Made by a program: the position numbers and the translations under genes | Part shown: positions 1-12,550 of the stretch, piece after piece | Layout of the letters: the number at the start of each line of letters is the position of its first letter | Numbering within the stretch: position 1 is the stretch's first letter | NCBI GenBank assembly: GCA_031835245.2 | Contig: JAVKOQ020000062.1 | Location: 124,001 to 188,000, forward strand | DNA from: Balamuthia mandrillaris | Taxonomy: Eukaryota | DNA: 64,000 nucleotides | Direction: 5' to 3' | Notes under the pieces: generated by a model | Told to the model about the DNA's origin: nothing | What the model saw: the letters and a program-made list of their open reading frames with translations, nothing else | Database searches by the model: none

Positions 1-1897
1 AAAACATGGAGTATCTTTGTAGGATGTTATCAGGTTGATTTGTATTCCAAATTTATCTGCTGCCGCCTTGTATTGTTGTTGGTTGAAGTCAGAGAGAAAG
101 AGAGAGCGAGAGCGAGAGAAAGAGAGAGAGAAAACAGGAATGACACACAAGAACAAAACAACAAGAAAAAAGCAATGAGATATAGAGAATACGACAAGAA
201 CGAAAAGCACAACAAGAAAAAAGGCAAACCTGTAAAGTAAGATGATCGCCCCACTCTCCCTTCTTGGCCATTTTGTCGCAGTATTTATGGTAGTCACCGG
301 GAACGAACCGGGAGTAATGTTGTGGGTTTTCTCTTAGTTGTTTGACAACCACACTTCGAACGAGACTGTTCAGTTTTGGTGTTGTGTAGAGTTGATCTGA
401 GATACTGCTAAACTGACAATTTCCTGTTTTGTGTTGAATTTGTTTGGATGAAGTTAATTCTTTTGGATATTTTCTCTTGTTCAATTCCTGCTCTCAGTTG
501 TTTCTTTGCCCTTCTCTGCTCTGGTTCTCTCTCCACGTTTTTCTTTTTTTTATCGAAAAAAAAAAACAAAGTAAAAATACAAACCGTCACCAGCAACAGG
601 ATACTCAGCAAGACCATAAAGCTTCAATCGTTTCTTCAATCGCTGTCGGGCCTTTCGAAATTCTTCTCTTCTCTGCACCTGCAGGACCTGTCGAAGACTC
701 TGCTCGTCGTTCACTTTTGGGGCAAGCGTGCTCTTCTTCAAACCCAATGCACACACTATGTTTTGTATCTTCCTGTCAAAGTAATCTCCCATGGACAAGT
801 TCTCGGCTTGGAAAAGAAAAGTCAGTTAAAGACATTGAAACGAGCAAACGAGCTTGAGAAGAGAAGAAGAATAGAAGGGCAAGGCAACAAGCGTACGTCC
901 AAGAAGAGCGTTCTCATGAGCCAAAACTTGGGCAATGGCAGCGTCATCGTCCCCGCTTTCTTGCAGCCTTTCCAAGCTTTTGCGAATAGTATTCGGCATC
1001 GAAGATACCAAATGCCCTGTTGGTTGAGTTAGCGGTCTAAGCCTTAACAAACGAAATCACAAGGTGGAAAAAAGAAAAAGAAAAAGAAGTACGAGAACAC
1101 AAGAAAGAGAGAAACAAACATACGTCGACGATGCGAAACAGAATCTTCTGTCTCGGCGCTTTGTTGGGTGTGTTCCGTGTCATGATTCGAATGTTGTTGT
1201 TGCTGTTCTTTTTCGTTGTTTTTGTCCTTCTCCTTTTCCTTCTCCTTCTCCCATTCCCTATCTTTGTCCTCTTCTTCTATCTGAATACTCGGTATCTCAG
1301 GTTTCAGAAAGGCTTCAAGCCGTTGTTGTTGCTGTTGCTGCTGAGACAGTAGGCTGCGTTGCACTGCTTCTTTAGTTTCTTCTTCCTCCAGTTTTTCATG
1401 GCGCCGTTTTTGTTCTTTGTTGTTCATGTTAGCAAAACAACAACAATTTATAAGAAGAGGACCACTAAGAAAAAGAAAAAAAAAAGAAAAAGAAGAAGAA
1501 GAAGAAGAGGAGGAGGAGGAGGAGGGGAGGAGGAGGAGGAGGAGGAGGAGGAGGAGGAGGAGGAGGAGGAGGAGGAGAGGGGAGGAAGAACAAGAACAAG
1601 TACAAGAACAAGAACAAGAACAAGAACAAGAACAAGAAGAAGAACAAGAACAAGAACAAGAGCAAGAAGAAGAACAAGAACAAGGACAAGAAAAAGAAAA
1701 AGAGGAAGAACAAGATGGTGACAAGAGAAGAGAATGAGCATTCAAGAAGAAGTGAGAGAGAAGAGTGTGCATGTGTTACCAGAGATGGCAGCGGATAGAG
1801 ATAATGCCAAGGCCATGTCCAGATGTTCCTGTTCTTCATTGGAGGGCGCATCAGACCTGAGCCCTTGCGTTCCCACTCCAAACCATGACTTCAGCAT
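1..1897 (-). CDS. OTU-domain deubiquitinase with N-terminal ubiquitin-interacting motifs (multi-exon, 3' end outside the window)
   Basis: Spliced reading gives MLKSWFG..EEQEHLDMALALSLS (UIM, exon 1 from ATG 1897), EEEETKEAVQRSLL, RLKLYGLAEYPVAGDG|NCQFSSISDQLY (OTU catalytic DGNC), GEWGDHLTLQ|AAADKFGIQINLITSYKDT. GT-AG introns. Confidence 0.9.
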
Positions 1898-2133
1898 GTC
1901 TTTTTTTATTTTTGCCTTACGAAGAGAGAGAGAGAGAGCGAGCTGAAAGCGGCCCAGCCTTTTTGTTTTTGTTTGTTGTTGTTGTTTTTCTCAAGTGTCA
2001 AGTGCTCCTACACGGCGAGGTTGACCTCTTTGATATAAGTATTGCCAATTTTTTTTTTTGTTTCCCTTCTGCCAGCCAAACTCGTTTTGTCTTCTGTTTT
2101 CAGCAACTGTTTTTCTTCGTGTTTTCTGGTGGT

Positions 2134-2345
2134 TGTCGACAAAAACACAGATCAAAGCCCATCGCCCGAAATATGTTTTGTTGCATGGATTTATATTGTC
2201 GACAAAATCACGGTTCAACGCTCATCGCCCGAAAATATGTTTTTTTGTTATCGAAAATTAGGATGTCGACAAAAACACAGTTCAACGCTCGTCACCTGAA
2301 ATTTTTTGTGCTCGTCGACAAAAACACAGTTCAACGCTCGTCGCG
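2134..2345. repeat. Four degenerate tandem copies (49-67 bp period) of a TGTCGACAAAAACACAGTTCAACGCTC unit
   Basis: Unit starts at 2134, 2197, 2264 and 2313, in the intergenic region upstream of the OTU gene. Confidence 0.85.
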
Positions 2346-2502
2346 ACGACGGTCCGACTTGTCCATTACCAGCAGCAAACGGAGCACCCAAGACGCTCAA
2401 ACAACAAGTGCTAATGTGAAAACCCAACACGCAACAAACAAACCTGATCAGAACGGATTAGCAACGCGAAGAAGAGAAAAGACCGACGACTCATATGGGC
2501 AT

Positions 2503-3123
2503 TCAATCATTCTTGTCATTAAAGATCTCATCCAGACAAACGGTGACGAGCACCATGAAGGCCAGGTCCACGTTGGGCGCAACGGTGAGCAAGTAGGAGT
2601 CCTTGCCGGCCAACAGATTCCTCGAGTTGAACAGCGAGCGGTGTACGTGAGCGATGGTCTGGTCGCCAAGCTGGAAGGTGAAGTTTCGTGCCAAGAAGCT
2701 ACCCGAGATGTTGATCTGCTCGCCCGTGGTCAGGACCTGCACCACTGCGTTGGACTTGAGCTGAAAGAGGCTTTTCCTAGAGACGGAGGCTATCTTCTTG
2801 CTCCTATCGGGCGTGTAGATGTCCTCCTGCGGTTTGAACGTGAGCAACTTCTTGAGGATCAAGCCAAGCTCGTGGCCGTTGCTGTCGCAGAGGACTTTTT
2901 GCTGGCGGAAGGAGAACACCTTGCCCTTGATCTGGAGCACCTCGCGCTGGTTGGTGTCAAGGATCTTGAAGGAGTCTCCAGAAAGAGACCAGATCTTCTC
3001 CTTCAGTATGACGGTCACGGGCTGGCTCTCGTTGACGATGCCCTGCGGCAACGGCGAGAAGCACGAGGAAGGAGCTTGCAGCTCCACGCCTTCGCTATCA
3101 CCACCACGATTCGAGGACTGCAT
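2503..3123 (-). CDS. LURP-one-related (LOR / Tubby C-terminal-like) family protein, single exon
   Basis: 206-aa ORF with LKEKIWSLSGDSFKILD, IKGKVFSFRQQKVLCD, ISGSFLARNFTF, IAHVHR and DSYLLTVAPNVDLAFMVLVTVCLDEI, which is typical of LOR proteins. Confidence 0.88.
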   Translation of the reverse strand: MQSSNRGGDSEGVELQAPSSCFSPLPQGIVNESQPVTVILKEKIWSLSGDSFKILDTNQREVLQIKGKVFSFRQQKVLCDSNGHELGLILKKLLTFKPQEDIYTPDRSKKIASVSRKSLFQLKSNAVVQVLTTGEQINISGSFLARNFTFQLGDQTIAHVHRSLFNSRNLLAGKDSYLLTVAPNVDLAFMVLVTVCLDEIFNDKND

Positions 3124-3684
3124 AGTGACTATGGGCTTTCGTTCTGTCGTTTGTTTTTGTGGAGTAGGTCCTCTTGTGTGCGTTGTTTACTCACCAGAAA
3201 AAAGAGAATTTGTGGAGTTCTCTATAACGTATATTATAATGCTCGCCGATAAATGAATGAATCAATGCTTAAGTGCAATGTGCTGGTCACTCACCAATGA
3301 GAACGGGAGGAGCAAAGGCACGCGTTCCCGCGCTAGGGAACGCTAAACACGCAAAGCATACACCTGACACACCTTAACAATGGCCGAACACAAAAAAAAA
3401 ACAGAACAACCCCTTTCTTGTTCTTCTTCTTTTCTTGTCCCTCTTTCTCCTTCTCTTCTGCTCTTCGGGTTCACCTCACCGACCGTGGAATACGACGCGA
3501 ACAAGGGGCTTAGCTTAGCCGACCACATCTCAAGGAAGAAGGAAAAGATTAAAGAGTATTGCAGCGAGAGAGATGAGAGAGAGAGAGCAACAGGTTATAA
3601 AGATGAAGGGTAGGGAAATGCAAGGCAAGCCTTGGTTTCTTGGTAGGAGCCCAAGTTAAAAGACACACATAAGAGTGGTTTGTT

Positions 3685-5182
3685 TTAGTTCTTCCAGGGG
3701 AGATCAGGGAACACAAAGTTGTCAGTGTTCTGCTGCTGCTTGAGGATGGCCTCCACGCCAGGGATCCACTCGGGGTGGAAGGCGACGTCGTCCTCAAGGC
3801 GCTGGTGGGCAAAGAACATCTTGGCATCACCAAAGTAGGACCTGGTGGGGGTTTGGGTCAGCCAGAGCTCGCCGATCTTGACGAGGTCCATGTAGTGGGT
3901 GAGAGAAGAGTTCTGGGCATAGACCTCATAGAGCTTGCCTGTTTGGACGAAGAAGAAACAAACAAAGGAAAAAGGATGAGCAAGAAGGTTGAAAAGCACA
4001 AAACGAAAAAAAAAAAGACAAACCAGTAGGGACGCTCTCGAGTTGGTCCAACCAGGAGACCTCGGGCTCGGGATCATTAGGGAACATCTCGTGGACGGCC
4101 TTGGTGGGGTGGAACACCAAACGGAAGGGGAAGCGAGGATTCTTCACGGTCTTGCCGTCAGCGCCGTACTTGGCAAAGTCAGAGACACCCACTTTACGCA
4201 AGGAGTTAGCTCGGCTGTTGGCAGAAAAGAGAGAAGGCAGGGAGGGCATAGAATGGGCCACGTACACATGGTGGGCCAGTGGGAGGCCTTGCCGAAGGCG
4301 TTGGCCAAGGCTTGGAGGGCAGCGGGCACCTTGGGGCCAGCGGGGTAGGGCACGTGGTTGGTGAAGTCGTGGGAGAAGAAGTTGGTGTTGTTCTGGCCGA
4401 GCAGAGAGAACATGGCCATGACGTTGGCGCTCTTGATGCCATCCCTCAAGCACTTGATAGCCATACCTTTTTGGTTGAAGGACGCTTAGCAGGAGATAAT
4501 GAATGAACAGCATGGGAGCCAAAAAACGTTATTTACCAGGAGCCATGGGGAACTCGCTGAAGAAGTCCTCCTCCTTGGCAAGAGAAAGGCGGATCATGCA
4601 CTTATCGGCCTAGATTGTGTTATTATTCATCACAACCGGAGGGAGAAAAAACACAATCAGTATGTAACAAAACACAAAAATAAAAATTCGAGGACGAATG
4701 TTAAAACGAACCCCTTGGAAGATGCCGGTGTAAGAGTGGTTTCCGGTGCTCTTCCACACGAAAGGAGCCACCACACCTTTTGTTTTTTTTTTTAAAGATG
4801 AGCATACGTCAATTGGTTTTTTTTAAAAAAAAATAAAATAAACAACAGAGAGAAAAGCGAAGGAAGAAGAAGAAAAAACTTTACCGACAGAGTGGATGAG
4901 CTTCTTCCTGGTGATCAAGCTGAGGTACTGCTTGGGCATGTCGTCGGCCACGGTGTCCATGGTGGTGTTCATGGACTCCACGAACATCTCCACCAGCTGC
5001 CAGGCGGCGTACCAGCCGTTCTCCTGCCTCTCCTGGTTGACGGCGTCCCAGAGGGCCAGCTCCTTGTTGGCGCGGGCCATGCCCTGGTAGTCATCCCCGT
5101 GAAAATCGGGGTAGGTGTCGTGAGCGGCGGCAAAACAGCCGAGGGCCAAGAAGAACAAGACTCCGCAGAGCAAGCGTTGCAT
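3685..5182 (-). CDS. Secreted heme-catalase-like fold protein (about 6 exons)
   Basis: Signal peptide MQRLLCGVLFFLALGCFAAA, then RKKLIHSVG, YTGIFQGADKCMIRLS, PGMAIKCLRDGIKSANVMAMFSLLGQ, NFFSHDFTNH, FPFRLVF and SYFGDAKMFFAHQR. These motifs resemble catalase-related domain proteins. Confidence 0.65.
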
Positions 5183-5617
5183 TTTTCTTTTTTTTGAAAA
5201 AAAGTTCGTCGTCGAGTTCGTTGTGGTGGAAAGAGAAAGAAAGAGAGAAAAAAAAAAACAAATACAAAATTACGAGCTATAATAATAACTAAGGTGGCCA
5301 AGTCAAACTCCTCGTTGCATTTTTATTATTGTAAATGTTTGAAAAGAAATGGCAAGGGAGAAAAGGGCAGCAAAAAAGTCCCTGCGTTTCGCTGCTTTCT
5401 CTGGCGGGGAAAATTGGTGTCGACAAGGACGACCGCTAAAACCAAACCATTGCGCGTTGATCAAATATCGCAATACATGTCGATAAATCGGGGAAATAGA
5501 TTATTCTCCGGACCAATGGGGTGTTGTTCGGGGAATTTTATAGTGTCCTTTCGTCAAACAAACAAAAGAAACATGGCACGAACGAAAAGCAAAAGTTTCG
5601 CTGTCCTGCCTTTGGCT

Positions 5618-7173
5618 TTATTGTTTACCTCCGCCGCGCTTTCGTAAGCCCGTGTCGGACGTTGCGGCACTGTGGTTGGCAGCTTGCTTGCTCTCTTGTT
5701 TTGTTTCTGCCTCTCCTTCTTCTTCAGAGGATGAGTCGTGCTCAGAAGACGAAGAACCTTCTTTGACGGCCTTTACGAGTTTCCGTCGTACTTGTTTAGG
5801 AGTCCGTTTGCCTGCTTCCTCGAACTCAAACGTCGAGAGCGGCTTTTGATGTTTGTGTGGAAGGCATATGAGAAAAAAGAATCGAGGGAAGAGAGAACGA
5901 CAGAAGCGAGAGGAGAAGCCAGAAACCTTGTCTGGTGCCGTGAGAGTAAACAAAAGGTACATGAGACCTCCGTAGAAGGAGATGCCAAAGGCGAGGACAA
6001 TGGTGATGGGAATCCATATGTTGACGCCAATCTTGGTCTCAAAGGCAGTCGAAGCGTCGTTCCAGATCCGTGCCAAATATTCCCTGGTTGTCTCCTCTTT
6101 GTCTGCCCAGTGTTTCCATTTCCCTGTTGTACGGTCAAAGACAATAACCGGCTTCAGAAAAACAGCAATGGAAATGTAGGAAAGCCATAGAGGCGAATAG
6201 TAAAGAATGAGGGAATAGAAGACCACCACAACAAGAAACTAACAGAAGTAACGGAAGTTCAAAACTAGAAGTGAAAGAAGAAATAATGAAGGAGTAAGGG
6301 AGGAGTAACAGAAGAAGCAGAAGAAGAAGAAGAAGAAGAAGAAGAAGAAGAAGAAGAAGAAGAAGAAGAACAAGCAAGAAGAAGAAGAAGAAGAACAAGA
6401 ACAAGAAGAAGAAGGAGATGATGAAGAAGAGGAAGAAGCAGAAGAAGCAGAAGAAGCAGAAGAAGAAGAAGAAGAAGAAGAAGAACAAGAAGAATAAGCA
6501 GGAGAAGAAGGAGAAGAGCAAGAAGCAGAACAAGAACAAGAACATGAACATGAACCAGAACATGAAGAAGCCGGTTTCGAAGAACGACCCATACAAATGA
6601 CAAAGGTACAAAGAGAACGACACCAAAAAAAAAAAAAAAAAAAAAAGGAAACCCCAATGTGTCACATTCACAAAACCAAACCGAACCTTCGATCCACTCC
6701 ACAAATTTGTGTTCCTCATGCGGCGGTAAAAACTTGCTGTACAAGCTGGGGCTGGAGTGGGTGACGTAAAAGATCTCCGGGTAGGTGGAGATCCTGTACT
6801 TCCTCTTGAGCTCCCGGTTCTCGTCGCCGTTGACCTTGCCTAGGAGGATAGGGCCGCCGGCCTCGTCCTGGAAGCTGCGCGTCTGGGCCAGGTGGTTGAG
6901 GACCTCCATGGCCAGCATGCACTTGTTCTTCGGCCTGTCGGGGATCTGGAACATGCACCAGGGGGCGTAGAAGAGCAGCACCACGTCCTGCGTGGCGTGG
7001 TAGTCATAAAAGTTGCTGCTGGTGACGTTCACCAAGGCCTCGCCGTAGGCGGAGACGCGCTCCGCGGCAGAGGCATCCTCTGCGCTGCTCAACAACAGGA
7101 AAAACACGAGAAGAAGGGAGGATAGCGGGAGAGCGTGGCCAAAGGAGAAAGAGGGAACGAGCGATGATATCAT
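5618..7173 (-). CDS. Thioredoxin/PDI-like membrane protein (TMX-like) with an atypical active site
   Basis: Signal peptide, LVNVTSSNF, VVLLFYAPWC-x11-C, LGKVNGDENRELKRKYRISTYPEI (cis-Pro), a C-terminal TM helix (IWIPITIVLAFGISFYGGL) and a basic/acidic tail ending LRKRGGGKQ. Confidence 0.8.
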
Positions 7174-7398
7174 CGTAAGCTCTTACAAAAACTGTAGGGA
7201 GCGAAAGATGACTTGTTCCTCCTCCCTCAGGGGCAGCGATCGATGAAGCACACACACGTTTCTTGTTGGTGTCTTTCTTTTCTCTCGTTGTGACAATAAA
7301 CTGTCGACAAAACATCATGACGACACGAATAATCTAGATCGCTCGCCAGATTCAATCACACCAATGAAAAATCAGAGCAAAAGAGAAGCGACAAATGT

Positions 7399-9607
7399 TT
7401 AGGAGTGAGGACGAGAGAGCGAAAGCCGGAGAAGGCGAATGTTTTGGGGGGCGTAGCAGAAGGTGGGGCGGAGGGTGGCATCGGCGGTGATGTCCTGGAG
7501 GGAGATGCCGTGTTGGGCCAAGGCGTTGAGGAAGTAGGAAAAGGTTCGTTCGTTGCGCAGGCAGTTGCATAGGTAGGCCGTTGCGGAGGGTGCTTGGGCT
7601 AAGAGCATCGACAGCACTCGCGTTAACCCATCTATGCATTCGTAGTCATACACCTGTGGAAAGGGAAGGGAGTGGAGGACAAAAGGAAACAAAGAAAGGC
7701 AACAAAACATGGAGAGAAAAGAAGATTAAATGAAGAAGGAACGCAAAAGCAAAAGCAAAAGCAGGAGAAAGCAAAGAATAAGCTACAGATAAACAGGAAA
7801 AAAAAATACTAACCACATCAGCGGCAAGAATGATATCAGGTGAGAAAGAACTCAGCGAAGCCTTTGTCACCCGAAACCAATCCAGTTCCAACACATTCAC
7901 CTCACACTCTCCTACCTTTTCATCTTTGTGTTGCTCATTCTCGTCATCACATGGAGGCATACCTCGAAATGGAGTCACTAGAATACCATCTGCACGCCAT
8001 AAATATTTTTTAAAAAACAACAAAGACAGCAACGAGAAAAGATAGGGGCAAAGAGAAATAAACGAGAGGAGCGGAAAAAAGTACTGTTGCGAACGTTGGC
8101 AGTGAGATTGTTGATCACTTCGTCCGTGTAATCTGTCAACACCACTTGCTTTGGAGCTCCAGTCTTACAAAGCGTAACACCTTTTGTGTTAAAGTATCGT
8201 CGGTAAAATGTTCTCAAAAAAAAAAAAAGTGAGATGGAAAAAAAACCATACCAGTAATGCCCAATCCTGCGCCCAACTCCAAACATCGTTTACCAGCAAA
8301 CTGTTCTGTTGCACAAAATATAAAAAGGTGAGAAACAATCCCAAGAAAGAGAACAAACGCAAAGCAAGACAGAAAAGCAGCGACGGTAGGCAAGGATGCA
8401 AGAAACGACAAGCAACCAGTATTAGCCAGGATGTACTCAGCCAAGAAAAATCCAGCATCCCAAGTAACCATTCCAAGTAAGTTGAACTGCTGTGATACTC
8501 CAAAACTTATCGTTTCGCGCTGTTGCTGCTGCCGCCGCTCATCATTTGTTGTGGTATGGTTGCATACCATTTCGTATGTTTTGTAGCTGAGTGGCTGCTC
8601 CGAAGAAGCATCACAAGAAGATGGAGGAAGTTGCATTAGGCTGAGATAATGCTCTAATAGTTCTTCACAGAGTTCGTTTTGGGGATCAGCCTCCACCGCT
8701 GCTATGTAGTGCTTTAGAAAGCGTTTGCTGTAGTCAATGGATAGTGGAAAACGTTGACAGACTTGGTCTTGTATGACCTGTTTTGTTTGCGAGCTTTAAA
8801 AAACATGAAGATCACAAAGCTAGAAAGAGGAGGAGACGAACACGAACAACACCAAGAAGAAGCAGAGGAACAAGAAGAACAAGAAGAACAAGAAGAAGAA
8901 GAAGAAGAAGAAGAAGAAGAAGAAGAAGAAGAAGAAGAACAAGAAGAAGAAGAAGAAGAAGAACAAGAAGAAGAAGAAGGAAGAAGAAGAAGAAGAAGAA
9001 CAAGAAGAAGAACAAGAAGAAGAAAAGAAGAAGAACAAGAACAAGAAGAATAAGCAGAAGAATAAGAATAAGAAGAAGAAGAAGAAGAACAAGAAGAACA
9101 AGAACAAGAAGAAAAAGAAGACGAAAGAAAACCAAAACAAGCACCAAGAAAACGTACAAATTGGAGTAGCGCCAGCTGCATTTCCACTTCGGTCGGAGCA
9201 AACGTAAGTTCCTCTCTATCTTCACAGCTGCCTCCTGTTACTTTTGCTCGTTCTTCCTTTTCGTTTCCCTCCTCCTTCGCTGCCTCCTCTCGTCGTCTTT
9301 TGTGTTCCATCACCATTTCACGAACAGCCGCGAGCTCATCGCTGTCTTGCTTCTCAGCAACAAGGGAGAGACGCAGCTGCTTGCCAGCAAACGGAGCGAA
9401 GACGGCGGTGGCCACGGGGGTGAGGCCCGCTCGATACTTCTTGCGCAGGCTCAACAACCAGGTCTCCATCGGGACCCACGACGCTGCTGCGCGTTCATCA
9501 TGGACATTGGTGTCACTGGCAGAAGGCGCAGCATCGACCTGGCGAACGTCGGCGGCAGGGGCGCTGCCTGAGAGAAGAGGCACAGCGGTGGCGGCAGGGG
9601 CGCGCAT
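7399..9607 (-). CDS. EEF2KMT: Protein-lysine N-methyltransferase, EEF2KMT/FAM86A-like (methyltransferase family 16)
   Basis: FAM86-like N-terminus (CQRFPLSIDYSKRFLKHYI), GMVTWDAGFFLAEYI, FAGKRCLELGAGLGITG (motif I), VVLTDY and PDIILAADV|VYD. Confidence 0.8.
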
Positions 9608-9849
9608 TTTTTGTCCAGCAGCGGAAGTAATGCTGCGGTGGTTCCACCCAAATCTTTCTTTTGGTCATCGCTACCTTAAATATATTAAGGTGATACGAGG
9701 TGCTCGGTTCGAACCTCAAAGCCAGCAGGTGCATAATTTGTCGACAATCACGAAATTCCGTATATTTGTCGACATGTGAGTTTTGTCCGCTGAAAAAAAA
9801 AGAAAGAAAACAAATCGCAGCACACACACCGCGTAACCCTGCCCTACCC

Positions 9850-11067
9850 ATGCAAAGACTCAACACTCGTAGCGTCTCTCTTGTCCTGTTCTTGTTTGGT
9901 TTGTTGGTGGGCCTTTGTCACGCTGGAGGTATGTTGTCTTTTTAAAAAAAGTTTTATTTTTTGATTATTTTTTTTTTCATTGAGCTCGCACACACCCAAG
10001 GCCAAGGTGAGGATGCGCTGAAGGAGGAGCTGGCAGATGTGGAGCTCGAAGCTACAGCCATTTCCCCTGAGGGCATGCTCTACATCTACGGAGGGAAGAG
10101 AATATCCACAGGCGAACTTTACAACAAACTCATTTCTATAAGTTGGTTTTTTTTTTTTTGGTTTTAGGGAGTCTTATATTTTTTTTTCCTCTGATCGATT
10201 TTACACTCCAAAATACAAAAAACACAAAAGACCTGACAAGCGCAAGCGGAGCCCCTGAAGAAGTTTGGACTTCAAAACCGAACGAAAAAAGCCCAGAACC
10301 CAGGTACAATCCTAACCTGTCGGTTTCCGGTGTTTACTTGGTGATGCAAGGAGGACGCAACGATACCTGCACCTTCAATGGGTATTGGAAATTCCGGCTG
10401 AACAACAAAACCAAGGGCTGGGAGGTCATTTTGGTGTGTATTGTTTTTTTTTTTTTGGGGTCAGCTTTCATTTCCTTTGGTGTTTTTTGACTTTGGTTCT
10501 TCTCTCCTCTTCTCTTGCGCTTTGGTTTCTCGATTTATACAGGAGGACACACCAGTTTGCGAACCTTCTGCTGATTCTTCTTTTGCCTCCGATTCTTCTT
10601 CTTCTTCTTCTACTTCTTCTTCTTCTTCACCGTCTTCTTCTTCTGCCTCCGATTCTTCTTCTACCTCCGATTCTTCTTCTTTTTCTTCCGCTTCTTCCGC
10701 TTCTAGTAACACCGCCAGCTCTTCAGCTTCTTCTTCTTCTTCTACCTCCTATTCTTCTTCCACTGCCTCGTCTTCTTCTGGTAAGAATGGCGGCTCCTCT
10801 CCTTCTTCTGATAAGAGTGGCGAATCCTCCTCCTCCTCTTCTGCTTCTTCAAATGCTTCCAGCTCCGAAGCAAAAGATAGCAGCAGCAAATCAGAAGATG
10901 GAGAAGGAATGACAGGACCGAAAATATGGAGAACGGGTCCCTCTCCTGCCATGTGGGCCGTTTTCAGTCTTGGCATCGTCGCTCTCTCCGTTCTTGTCGC
11001 TTTTTACGTTTGGCGAGAGTGGCGACGGAACTCTCGTACTTCTTATTCTGTTGTAAACAGGTTCTAA
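9850..11067 (+). CDS. Type I membrane protein: signal peptide, short kelch-like repeats, Ser-rich stalk, TM helix, short tail
   Basis: MQRLNTRSVSLVLFLFGLLVGLCHAG; MLYIYGG and PEPRY..YLVMQGG..YWKF kelch-like blades; about 120-aa Ser-rich stalk; TM AMWAVFSLGIVALSVLVAFYVW; tail YSVVNRF. Confidence 0.7.
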
Positions 11068-11216
11068 AACTTTTCCAAGACAGGATCAAACGAGAAGGAG
11101 CTTTGTTGTACATACTGACTAGAACAAGTTTCTTTCGTTGCACTCATCTTTCTCTCTCTCTCTCTCTCTCTCTCTCGCTTTTGGCGTTCTTTTTCTTTTA
11201 TCTTTTTGTGATTAGG

Positions 11217-12436
11217 TTAAAAAGAAGCAGTAACATCGAGAAGGTCATCCATGTTGAGTTGGATGTAACCAGTGTTTCTGGGATCCCGCCATTCGAATAG
11301 ACTCTTTGCTTGTGCAACGTGAGCGACCAACGCCAGGAACTCCACCATGTTAACTCCATACCCCGTCTTGTTGTATTTGAGATGGAGAGAACGTATCGCC
11401 TCTGCACTTAGTCTGTTTATGTTGAGATGAGTCAGTTTAGTTTCATCTCTGTTTGCTCATTTTCGCTCTGTCTCTCTCTGCTCTCTCCTCTCTCCTCTCT
11501 ATATATCTAGTTCTTCTCCTTTTGTCGGTTCTTCTCCCACTTCCTTTTCTCTCGTTCTCTCTATTTTCAAAGCAACGTACTGGAAACCGGCTATGAAGTA
11601 TTCAAAACAAACAATCAGTAAACACAAGACAGCGAGAGAGAGAGAGGGAGAGAGACAGAGAGATAGAGAGCCAGAGACAGAGAGACAGTACCTGCAGAGA
11701 GAGCGGCATGAGCTTCTTGGGCACCTAATCTGCCGCTGCGATTGCGGTCGTTTTGGGAAAAGAGAGACTGCATGTGGAGCAAAAACTTGTGCAAGGAGGC
11801 GTACTCCCAAAAGTCGATTGTACCGTTCTTGTCAGCATCGAATATGCGAATGAGTTTCAATGCAATGTCCATTCCTGTTACGGAGAAAAAGATCCGTTAA
11901 CATTCGGAAAAACAGGCAGAAAGATGAGAAATGATTCATACCAAGGACAGTGCCTCCTACAGCAACGTTTGCTAACTCGTTGCCCGCTTGAGTTTTATAA
12001 AGGAATAGTTAGGCAAGAAAAAGCAGTTCAGATTAGAGCGCCTTACAGCATCAGACAAGAAGAAGAGGAAGAAGCACGAAGAACGAAAAGAAGAACAAGA
12101 ACAAGAACAAGAAGAAGAACAAGAACAAGAACAAGAACAAGAACAAGAACAAGAACAAGAACAAGAACAAGAACAAGAACAAGAACAAGAACAAGAACAA
12201 GAACAAGAACAAGAACAAGAACAAGAACGCCAGAGTAGTAGGAGACTACTTACTTATACTGCCACTACCATCTCTGTCCATTGTTTTGAACCATCTATGC
12301 ATCTGCAGAACAAAACGTCAACAAACTCACACAACGAGGAGACAAACAGCAAAACAAAGTGATGGCAGTAAGAATGAAAGCGAGAAGAGCACAGAGAGCA
12401 AAGAGCCCCAGAGAGAACATTCGAGACAAGAGACAA

Positions 12437-12477
<41 letters not shown>

Positions 12478-12514
12478 AAACACAAACAGCAAAAACAGAG
12501 AGAGAGAGAGAAAG

Positions 12515-12550
<36 letters not shown>

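Noticed and set aside
2134..2345. CRISPR-like repeat-spacer appearance
   Set aside because: Repeats are degenerate, linkers are irregular and partly similar to each other, there are no cas genes, and the context is eukaryotic.
1885..3252. 455-aa plus-strand ORF
   Set aside because: Antisense shadow of the LOR gene plus repeat DNA, with no recognisable motifs.
3322..3343. Perfect 8-bp inverted repeat GCGTTCCC/GGGAACGC
   Set aside because: Isolated short hairpin with no supporting structure or motif; cannot be told from chance.
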